The notes under the pieces were generated by a model. That model saw only the letters and a list, made by a program, of their open reading frames with translations. It had not been told where the DNA came from and made no database searches. A stretch of DNA of 32,000 bases from Candidatus Hadarchaeales archaeon (GTDB lineage: Archaea; Hadarchaeota; Hadarchaeia; Hadarchaeales; Hadarchaeaceae). The DNA is taken from contig JAWBCC010000003.1 of NCBI GenBank assembly GCA_038823825.1, positions 30,001 through 62,000 of the forward strand, read 5' to 3'. Of this stretch, positions 1 through 6,413 are shown piece by piece (the first letter of the stretch is position 1; each line of letters begins with the position of its first letter). A program made the position numbers and the translations under genes.

Positions 1-1
1 A

Positions 2-268
2 AACAAGGCTGGGGGAATTCTTGGTGGAATTTCGACTGGTATGCCTATAGTTGTCAGGCTGACAGTAAAGCCTCCAGCCTCGATCGCTTTACCACAACGA
101 ACAGTAGATCTGGAAACTTTGGAGGAAACGGAAATCAGGCTGAAGGGTAGGTTCGATCCAAATCTTTGTCCCCGTGTGATTCCCGTGGCAGAGGCGATGA
201 TGGCGATAGTCATAGTAGATCATATGATGAGAGTTGGAGAGATAACTCCTGTCAGGCTGGAGCTATGA
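2..268 (+). CDS. aroC: chorismate synthase, C-terminal fragment (5' part lies left of the window)
   Basis: Frame 2 is open from the window edge and reads [28 protein letters not shown]...[26 protein letters not shown]. This is the C-terminal signature block of chorismate synthase. TGA 266-268 overlaps the next ATG (ATGA). Confidence 0.85.
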   Translation, partial: NKAGGILGGISTGMPIVVRLTVKPPASIALPQRTVDLETLEETEIRLKGRFDPNLCPRVIPVAEAMMAIVIVDHMMRVGEITPVRLEL

Positions 269-1149
269 CGAGCCTTTCCGGAGTTGGGTTTGCATGCGCA
301 TCGGCAACCGTAGTCAACGCGATGAGCACGGGAAAGGGTGCAGCATTTGGCGTGGATCTTTGGCTTGAGGCCAGAGTAAAACTAAGTTCATCTTTCAGAG
401 GTGTGAAAGGAAGAGTAGTTGGAATGAAGGAATCGCCGAGGCTTATTGAGCTTTGTGTCAAAGAAGTTTTGAAAAAATTTGGAGCGGACAATCTTGGAGC
501 TAGAGTTATCACATATTCTGATATTCCCGTTGCGGTTGGACTCTCGAGCAGTAGTGCAGCAGCGAACGCGGCAGTCTTAGCAACCCTGATGGCTCTCGGT
601 GAGAAACTCGAACCGCAGGAAGTTCTTGAAATAGGTGTGAAGGTAGCAATCGAATCAGGAGTGACAGTGACAGGAGCGTTTGATGATGCTGCAGCTTCCT
701 TGCTCGCCTGCGGCGTTATCACCGATAACGAGGAAAGAAGAATTCTTAAAACCTTCGAGGTAGACCCATCGCTAAAAGTAGCCATCCACATTCCGCGGGG
801 AAAGAAGCTTTACAGCGGTTCTTTGCGTGGAATGGATTTTTCCTCAATAGCGGAAGGTATAGAAAAGGTTCATCAAATGGCCTTAGAAGGTGAAATTTGG
901 ACGGCAATGACGTTGAATGGAATTCTTTACGCCTCGGTTCTAAAGCACGATCTCGCCCCGACCTTTTTGGCTCTTTCATCGGGAGTTTCAGCCGCCGGTC
1001 TAACGGGTAAGGGTCCGGCCACGGTAGCTATAGGTACCCCTGAAAAAATAGCGGAAGTGGCTAAGAAATGGAAGAGTTTGGGAGGGAGAATTATAATAAC
1101 ATCGCCGGCCCGGAGGTGGATTTCGGATGAAATCGCAGGAAATCGCTGA
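265..1149 (+). CDS. aroK: shikimate kinase, archaeal GHMP-kinase type
   Basis: GHMP motif [19 protein letters not shown]. About 295 aa from ATG 265. It sits between aroC and chorismate mutase. The ORF-track start at 166 lies inside aroC, so ATG 265 (ATGA overlap with the aroC stop) is preferred. Confidence 0.85.
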   Translation: MTSLSGVGFACASATVVNAMSTGKGAAFGVDLWLEARVKLSSSFRGVKGRVVGMKESPRLIELCVKEVLKKFGADNLGARVITYSDIPVAVGLSSSSAAANAAVLATLMALGEKLEPQEVLEIGVKVAIESGVTVTGAFDDAAASLLACGVITDNEERRILKTFEVDPSLKVAIHIPRGKKLYSGSLRGMDFSSIAEGIEKVHQMALEGEIWTAMTLNGILYASVLKHDLAPTFLALSSGVSAAGLTGKGPATVAIGTPEKIAEVAKKWKSLGGRIIITSPARRWISDEIAGNR

Positions 1150-1915
1150 TCTCAGAAAAAAGATCGATGAAATAGACAAGCAGATCCTAGAGCTTGTGAA
1201 ACGGAGGACCGAAATAGCAAAGGAGATTGCGGAAATAAAACAAAAGAAAAACTTACCTCTGACTGACACGGCGCGTGAGCTTGAGATAATCGCAAGGGCG
1301 AAAGAAACCGCAAAAAACCTCGGAATTGACTCGAGCTTCGCCGAAAGCCTGATCAGGCTTTTGATCGCCCACAGCTGGGAAAAAGAAAGAGAAAGACTCG
1401 AACCACCGGAGGTTTGGAGGATATTAGAAAAGAAATTTAAAGACTATCCAGCACAATTCAAAGTCGTAAGGCTGATGTTGCGATATGGACTCAGGGTAAA
1501 CGAGAATGGAGAGATTTGTTGTGGGCCAATGAAAGTCCCAGCAGTCCAGATAGCCAAAGAAGTCGGGGTGGACAGGCGCGTTGTCGAACAGGTTGCAGAG
1601 AGGATACTTTCTGACGATATGTTAAGAAAAATCTTTTCTGCCCTTGAACCTGTGGCTTATCTGCGCGGAGCAGCGAAGGCGATGGGCATGGGGGTTTTAG
1701 AGATAATCCCGGAGGATGCTACTAGGCCCGGCATCGTCAGGGATGTGGCCGAAAAAATCGCGAAATTTGGTATGAGCATAAGGCAAGTCGTAGCCGATGA
1801 TCCCAAACTTACTCCCCAGCCCAAGTTGACGATAATCACAGACCAACCTCTGCGTGCTGAAGTTTTGGAAGCCCTGCGGGAGCTTCCATACATAAGAAGC
1901 GTGATCATTTACTGA
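1127..1915 (+). CDS. chorismate mutase (AroQ class) fused to an HTH + ACT regulatory module
   Basis: The N-terminal ~90 aa form AroQ helices (LRKKIDEIDKQILELVKRRTEIAKEIAEIK...ARELEII...LIAHSWEKE). Residues ~97-262 resemble the stand-alone archaeal 'regulator of amino-acid metabolism, ACT domain' family and end in an ACT-like block (GVLEIIPEDATRPGIVRDVAEKIAKFGMSIRQVV...KLTIITDQP). SD GGAGGTG at 1112-1118. The start overlaps aroK by 23 nt. Confidence 0.75.
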   Translation: MKSQEIADLRKKIDEIDKQILELVKRRTEIAKEIAEIKQKKNLPLTDTARELEIIARAKETAKNLGIDSSFAESLIRLLIAHSWEKERERLEPPEVWRILEKKFKDYPAQFKVVRLMLRYGLRVNENGEICCGPMKVPAVQIAKEVGVDRRVVEQVAERILSDDMLRKIFSALEPVAYLRGAAKAMGMGVLEIIPEDATRPGIVRDVAEKIAKFGMSIRQVVADDPKLTPQPKLTIITDQPLRAEVLEALRELPYIRSVIIY

Positions 1916-1916
1916 A

Positions 1917-2645
1917 GTGGTGGTTATGAGGCTGAAATTTGGAGACGTCGAACGGGAAGCCTCTGTGAGAAAAGCAGCGGATATGGCAGAAGTCATATTT
2001 GACAAAGAGTGGCTCGAGAAAAATTTGGATGCTGAACTCTATTACATGTTTCGTGACCTATGGATGGATGAGGACAGAGAAACTATATTGCGGAATAGGC
2101 TCAGATACGATATAACGATCATACCGCCGAGGAAAATGGGCGTGGAGTTTGTCAAAACGCAGGGACATTATCATCCTGAGTGTTGTCCAAACCTCACATA
2201 TCCGGAAATCTATGAGGTTCAAGAAGGGAAAGCCCATTATCTCCTCCAGAGGAAAGAGAAAGGGAAAATAATCGACGTAATTTTAATCGAGGCGGAAGCC
2301 GGAGACAAAGTCATAATACCGCCCAACTATGGCCATGTCACAATAAATCCGACCGACGAACCGCTCAGGATGGCAAACTGGGTCAGCCGCGACTTCACAT
2401 CACTCTATCAAGAGTTCAACCTTATGGGGGGAGCGGCATACTTCGAGCTCATCGACGGCAGATTCATCAAGAACCCTAAATACGGAGAGATCCCAGAGTT
2501 GAGATTTGGAAAACCATCCGAAATTCCGGAACTCGAGATAGTCAAAGGCAAAGAGATGTACGAGCTGATAAAGAGACCAGAAAACCTGGCATTTCTCAAT
2601 CATCCGGAGAAATTCCTACAGATATTCGAAAAATGTTTGAAATAG
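1917..2645 (+). CDS. pgiA: cupin-type glucose-6-phosphate isomerase family protein
   Basis: Aligns by eye with Pyrococcus-type cupin PGI, including the metal ligands: TQGHYH (two His), PEIYEV (Glu) and PPNYGHVTIN (His). It carries an extra ~50-aa C-terminal tail. Start is GTG 1917 or ATG 1926. GTG 1917 lies 1 nt after the TGA of the upstream gene (1913-1915). Confidence 0.65.
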   Translation: MVVMRLKFGDVEREASVRKAADMAEVIFDKEWLEKNLDAELYYMFRDLWMDEDRETILRNRLRYDITIIPPRKMGVEFVKTQGHYHPECCPNLTYPEIYEVQEGKAHYLLQRKEKGKIIDVILIEAEAGDKVIIPPNYGHVTINPTDEPLRMANWVSRDFTSLYQEFNLMGGAAYFELIDGRFIKNPKYGEIPELRFGKPSEIPELEIVKGKEMYELIKRPENLAFLNHPEKFLQIFEKCLK

Positions 2646-2650
2646 CTCGA

Positions 2651-2950
2651 TTAGACCTTGACTATTTGTGCATGCTTTACCTTGCCGAACTTCAGAACAC
2701 ACTTGGGGTCAACGAGTTTTTCCTCTATTGCTCGGTCGACTATTGATCCGATTAAATTTGCGATGGTGGCCTCCTTTATCGCTTCTATGCATTCCTCCAT
2801 GCTGGCTTCTCGTCCGCGATAAAACGATTCCTTGATTTCGAGTTTAATCTTTCCTTTTCTGAATTTTTTCCCAAGTAGCTCAGCGTCACAGACCACCACG
2901 ATTGTTTCCTCACGCACCCTGATGACTCGAAGCAGAGGCAACTCAGACAC
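2651..2950 (-). CDS. DUF424-family small protein (function unknown)
   Basis: 99-aa ORF whose start overlaps the aIF2-beta stop region by 8 nt. The pattern VVVCDAELLGKKF..GKIKLEI.ESFYRG matches my recollection of the archaeal DUF424 family, which typically follows aIF2-beta. The family call is from memory only. Confidence 0.6.
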   Translation of the reverse strand: MSELPLLRVIRVREETIVVVCDAELLGKKFRKGKIKLEIKESFYRGREASMEECIEAIKEATIANLIGSIVDRAIEEKLVDPKCVLKFGKVKHAQIVKV

Positions 2951-3353
2951 TCCTCAGCGGATTTCTCGCCCCACAGGCCTCACATCGGAGAACCGGAATC
3001 TTTCCCATTTTTTCTATCCGCGTATCCGGTTTTCCGCACTCTCTGCAGATTACGAATTCCTTCGTGTATTGCTCTATCCTAGACTGTATTGCCTCTTGCG
3101 AGAATTTCCCGTGGAGAACCAGGATGCCATCTTTGTAAGCTCCCGCCGCTGCCAGTTCCTTAAGCAAGTATCGGGAAAGATGCTCCGGCTCTCTGTTGAG
3201 CGAAGAGGCGATTGACTTGACGTTTTTAACATATGTCAGACTTCCAGCCGTAGTTACTTCTGCGGTAGGTATCTGAAATCTTGAAGTTTCACGCACGATT
3301 TTTGGTGTCTGCTGCAGAGCTCTCTCCAGAAGCTCTTCATAGCTTTCCATCAT
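2943..3353 (-). CDS. eif2b: translation initiation factor aIF-2 beta subunit
   Basis: 136 aa with N-terminal YEELLERALQ and a C-terminal zinc ribbon CRECGKPDT...LRCEACGA. Start ATG shares one base with the stop of the upstream OB-fold gene (TGATG on the minus strand, 3351-3355). Confidence 0.92.
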   Translation of the reverse strand: MMESYEELLERALQQTPKIVRETSRFQIPTAEVTTAGSLTYVKNVKSIASSLNREPEHLSRYLLKELAAAGAYKDGILVLHGKFSQEAIQSRIEQYTKEFVICRECGKPDTRIEKMGKIPVLRCEACGARNPLRSV

Positions 3354-3964
3354 CAGATCACCTCGAATTTTCCAACTTCGCTCTCGACAATCTTCCCTTC
3401 CGCCAGTAACTCCCTGAGCAATCTTTCGATTTCGTCCATTGGTGCTTCTAGAAGTTTAGAGATCTCTTCTACTCCCATTCTCTTCTTTTCCCGTCTGAGG
3501 ACTTCTACGATCCTCTCCTTTAAAGAAATCTCTTCGTTTGGTTTCTTACCGCTTTTAAGCAATCTCCATCTCTCCTCTAGTATTTCGAGTTCTCTCAAAA
3601 TCTCAAAATTTGGATCTGTCACTTTTATTATGACATCGGGGGTGATGTAAACTTCTCCGTCTCTTTCCTTTATCCTTCCGATAACATCCACGATATCGCC
3701 TTCTTTGATGTTTTCAATCATTTTCAAATCTTCACGCCAAACTTTCACCCTTATAACACCGCTTCCATCATCCACATTGATCACACCGTAGGTTCCGTCG
3801 GTTTTCACATACTTGTCGACCACCGTGCCTAGAAGTCTAGCTCTTTTTATTTTTATTCCCCAAGGAGTGATCAGTGAAAGTCCGGATTCCTCGGAGACCT
3901 CAACTTTTCCAAACAGAAGGTCTTCCGCTTTCACTTTATATGCCGGGAAATACATCTTCTCCAA
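3353..3964 (-). CDS. OB-fold nucleic-acid-binding protein with C-terminal winged-helix-like domain (RPA32/Stn1-like architecture)
   Basis: OB-fold core ARLLGTVVDKYV..GVINVDDGSGVIRVKVW...GDIVDVIGRIKERDGEVYI. This is followed by a helical linker and EEISKLLEAPMDEIERLLRELLAEGKIVE. Start is TTG 3964 or ATG 3955. Confidence 0.6.
   Translation of the reverse strand: MEKMYFPAYKVKAEDLLFGKVEVSEESGLSLITPWGIKIKRARLLGTVVDKYVKTDGTYGVINVDDGSGVIRVKVWREDLKMIENIKEGDIVDVIGRIKERDGEVYITPDVIIKVTDPNFEILRELEILEERWRLLKSGKKPNEEISLKERIVEVLRREKKRMGVEEISKLLEAPMDEIERLLRELLAEGKIVESEVGKFEVI
3935..3941 (+). promoter_or_regulatory. TATA-like box (TTTATAT) for cgi121, embedded in the coding sequence of the divergent OB-fold gene
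   Basis: Centred ~26 nt upstream of ATG 3964. There is no SD in front of that ATG, which is consistent with a leaderless mRNA. Confidence 0.4.
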
Positions 3965-4512
3965 TGAAAATTCACATGAAGGAGATTAAAGTCTTCCCTA
4001 TTGGACGGAAATTCGTGGCGATAATGTCTGGTCATCTGCTTTCACCAGTTGAGTCTCTTATGAATCAACTTTCCGATGTGAGGTCAGGTGCTGTAGTTCA
4101 GGCTCTAGACGCGGATTCGGTGGCCGGCATCTCGCACGTTCTTCATGCCATATATCTGGCGCTTTCTGGATGGGAGAGAGGGAAAAGATTCACAAGGAGG
4201 CTCGAGCTTGAAATTCTTTGCTATGCGGCGGCGGACCATCAAATCTCTGAAGCGATCGCTAAAGTTGGAATATCATCAAGAACGAAACGTGTTGTTGTCG
4301 TCTCTTTGGCTGAAAGCAGGGAGGGCGCCCTAGAGGCGATTGCTAAGATATCGAGACAAGTAAAGATACGAATAGATTTCGAAATTCTGAAGATGAATCC
4401 ATCCAAGCAAAAAAGACTTAGAAATCTTTTCAAAATTTCAAAAGAGGAGATGAAAGCGGCCAGTATAGAAGAGCTGATTATGGAGAAAATCGCTTCACTT
4501 TCTCTCCTTTAA
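3964..4512 (+). CDS. cgi121: KEOPS complex subunit Cgi121
   Basis: The block ...VQALDADSVAGISHVLHAIYLALSGWERGKRFTRRLELEILCYAAADHQISEAIAKVGI... matches the Cgi121 family pattern. The ORF-track start 3874 lies inside the divergent gene. In-frame ATG 3964 (or 3976) gives the typical ~180 aa. Confidence 0.7.
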   Translation: MKIHMKEIKVFPIGRKFVAIMSGHLLSPVESLMNQLSDVRSGAVVQALDADSVAGISHVLHAIYLALSGWERGKRFTRRLELEILCYAAADHQISEAIAKVGISSRTKRVVVVSLAESREGALEAIAKISRQVKIRIDFEILKMNPSKQKRLRNLFKISKEEMKAASIEELIMEKIASLSLL

Positions 4513-4791
4513 GATTTCTTCGAAAATTTTATCTTCCATGACTTCCACGATTTTTACACAGAGAGGAGTTATTGGGACTTTCAAAAGTTTTATGCTACCA
4601 TCGTCATCTATCGTAGTATATTTAGCATCTAACGGCTCTTTGACCTCGGTAACTAGGCATATTGTCTCGTGATTTAGCGGAACATAAACGTAATAATAGT
4701 GTCTTCCATTTTTCTCGAAATAGAAAAGCCATCCAAAGCCTCGTGCAATGTTGACTAAATCTTCAAGATTTTTGCACCATACTGCTCGCAT
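4495..4791 (-). CDS. hypothetical protein, 98 aa, no family recognised
   Basis: Clean ORF with a single possible ATG start. The start overlaps the end of the upstream PhoU/TrkA-C gene by 29 nt, and the 3' end overlaps convergent cgi121 by 18 nt. The composition looks like a globular alpha/beta protein. Confidence 0.5.
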   Translation of the reverse strand: MRAVWCKNLEDLVNIARGFGWLFYFEKNGRHYYYVYVPLNHETICLVTEVKEPLDAKYTTIDDDGSIKLLKVPITPLCVKIVEVMEDKIFEEILKERK

Positions 4792-5944
4792 ATTCTGCTA
4801 CCTCCAGCACTTTATCGACTTCTTTTTTCATACCCCGGACGAAAAGAATGTCCCCAGCCTTTATTCTGAACCTAGAAGGTGGTTCCACGATAAGTCTGCT
4901 CCCCCTTCTGATCATGAACACATAGACGCCCATGACCTCCCAGAGTTTGAGTTTTTCAAGTGTTTTGTTTGCGAAGGCGGAATTTTCTTTGACGGAAATT
5001 CTTCCTATACTCTCCTGTGACTCTGCAAAAGCTTCTCTGAAGACTGGATGAATTTCTTCGAATCTGAGCGCCACGTCGGCGATGCTATCCGCAGCGTCCG
5101 AAATTCTCGCAATATATCTCAACAGCTCCAATATGCTGTTCAGCTTCTCGAGATTTCTCTCCTTCCTTGCAGCTTTCAGAACTTCATGTCTGATTTTATA
5201 GTCCAACTTGTCGAAATCAATTTCCATTTCTCTGACTTCTTGTGCAATCTCCCTGGATCCGAAGAGGATCGATGAATATGCCATGTCAACCATTATCGCG
5301 ACCAAATCTCTCATTTTTGCTAGAGCTTTCCTTATCTCCTTCAATTCACTCTTACTTTCCCTACAGCAAAGCTTGAGACAGGCAAGTTGTCCGATAATTT
5401 TGAGGCTTTCTTCTGAGCCTTTACAGATAAGAACATCTCCACTTCTGAGTTCGGTTTCCTTTGTAGGCGGAATGATCCATTCGTCTCCTCTTTTCAGAGC
5501 TAGAGGCCAAGCGCCCCGCGTAGGCGGAAGCGAAAGCTCTCCTATTTTTCTGTTGACCACTGGAGAATCCTCTTTTATTTCGAGAACCGCAATTTTCTCG
5601 TCCGCCCCTTCAATTGCCTCAAAAACTACGGGATGAATTTCCATCCCTCTGAGAATGAAATCCGCTATGCTTTCGACGGCATTTGCGATTTCTTCTGCGG
5701 CTCCAGCAACTTGCAGAATTCCTGTTATGTGTTTTGCCTCGTCCAGCTTTCTCGTTACAACAGCCGCCACTCCTCTTATCTGATACATCAGAAGGTTCAT
5801 TTTTTCTTCCAGCTGGCTCAATTGCTTGGCTAGATCTCTATCTTCCAAAACTAAGGCTGCAAAAGCCAAGTCAACCATAAGATCGGAGAGGTCCTTCATC
5901 TCCACAAGCAGGTCCTTTACATTGGGAGGATAGCTTTCGTCCAC
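4763..5944 (-). CDS. regulatory protein with two tandem PhoU-like + TrkA-C (RCK_C) modules
   Basis: Internal duplication is visible. Each half has a helical PhoU-like segment (MKDLSDLMVDLAFAALV / MRDLVAIMVDMAYSSIL) followed by a TrkA-C segment ending GDVLICKG / GDILFVRG. GTG start at 5944, with GGGGGT 6 nt upstream. Confidence 0.8.
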   Translation of the reverse strand: MDESYPPNVKDLLVEMKDLSDLMVDLAFAALVLEDRDLAKQLSQLEEKMNLLMYQIRGVAAVVTRKLDEAKHITGILQVAGAAEEIANAVESIADFILRGMEIHPVVFEAIEGADEKIAVLEIKEDSPVVNRKIGELSLPPTRGAWPLALKRGDEWIIPPTKETELRSGDVLICKGSEESLKIIGQLACLKLCCRESKSELKEIRKALAKMRDLVAIMVDMAYSSILFGSREIAQEVREMEIDFDKLDYKIRHEVLKAARKERNLEKLNSILELLRYIARISDAADSIADVALRFEEIHPVFREAFAESQESIGRISVKENSAFANKTLEKLKLWEVMGVYVFMIRRGSRLIVEPPSRFRIKAGDILFVRGMKKEVDKVLEVAEYASSMVQKS

Positions 5945-6040
5945 TTTCCTTGACCCCCTATAAAGTAGATATCTGGGAACCGTTTAAAGTTGTTTGATTC
6001 AAAAACCCTGTTTAGAAAGTTTTATATACTCTCAAAGAAC

Positions 6041-6056
6041 GAAAAACATATTAAAT
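6041..6056 (+). promoter_or_regulatory. BRE/TATA-like element (GAAAAAC-ATATTAAAT) of tRNA-Lys
   Basis: ATATTAAAT at 6048-6056 is centred ~25 nt before the tRNA 5' end at 6077, with a purine-rich stretch upstream. A second TATA-like TTTTATATA at 6020-6028 lies further upstream and could serve either strand. Confidence 0.45.
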
Positions 6057-6076
6057 GAGATTCCCAGCTCGTTCTT

Positions 6077-6151
6077 GGGCCCGTAGCGCAGTCTGGCTAG
6101 CGCACCGGCCTTTTAAGCCGGGAGTCGCGGGTTCGAATCCCGCCGGGCCCG
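6077..6151 (+). tRNA. tRNA-Lys (anticodon UUU)
   Basis: Manual cloverleaf: acceptor GGGCCCG/CGGGCCC, D stem GCGC/GCGC, anticodon stem CCGGC/GCCGG with loop CTTTTAA (anticodon TTT), T arm GCGGG-TTCGAAT-CCCGC, discriminator G. No intron and no encoded CCA. Confidence 0.95.
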
Positions 6152-6170
6152 CTGGGGGAAGAGTGGAAAG

Positions 6171-6410
6171 ATGGCAGAGATAGAAATAACAAAACACAGA
6201 CTGGTGCCGAAACATGAAGTTCTCAGTCAGGAGGAGGCAAAAGAAGTGCTTGAGCGATATCGGGTAGAGCCCCATCAGCTCCCCCTACTCCTAAGTAGTG
6301 ATCCGGTTGCTAAGGCGATAGGAGCAAAGCCAGGTGACATAGTGAAGATAACTAGAAAAAGTCCAACAGCCGGTGAAATAGTGATTTATAGATACGTTGT
6401 GGAGGGATAG
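6171..6410 (+). CDS. rpoH: DNA-directed RNA polymerase subunit H (Rpo5)
   Basis: 79 aa. [22 protein letters not shown]...[39 protein letters not shown] is the canonical RpoH sequence. Confidence 0.95.
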   Translation: MAEIEITKHRLVPKHEVLSQEEAKEVLERYRVEPHQLPLLLSSDPVAKAIGAKPGDIVKITRKSPTAGEIVIYRYVVEG

Positions 6411-6413
6411 CCG

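Noticed and set aside
170-200. The chorismate synthase signature reads GRFDPNLCP instead of the usual GRHDPC(I/V)xP.
   Set aside because: The gene is only a C-terminal fragment here and the rest of the block is intact. This cannot be evaluated without the full protein and an alignment, so I note it only as lineage divergence.
3874-3963. N-terminal extensions offered by the ORF track: cgi121 from 3874, nusA from 13767, rps12 from 14329, aroK from 166.
   Set aside because: The extensions overlap upstream or divergent genes and add non-conserved residues. Internal ATGs give canonical lengths, and two of them form ATGA junctions.
6077-6151. tRNA-Lys as an integration hotspot, with the flanking minus-strand genes 4495-5944 as possible cargo of an integrated element.
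   Set aside because: I saw no integrase, no duplicated copy of the tRNA 3' end in the window, and no obvious compositional break. The flanking genes are ordinary conserved archaeal genes.
6051-6275. 74-aa minus-strand ORF across the tRNA and the rpoH start.
   Set aside because: It overlaps a well-folded tRNA-Lys and the rpoH 5' end, so it is spurious.
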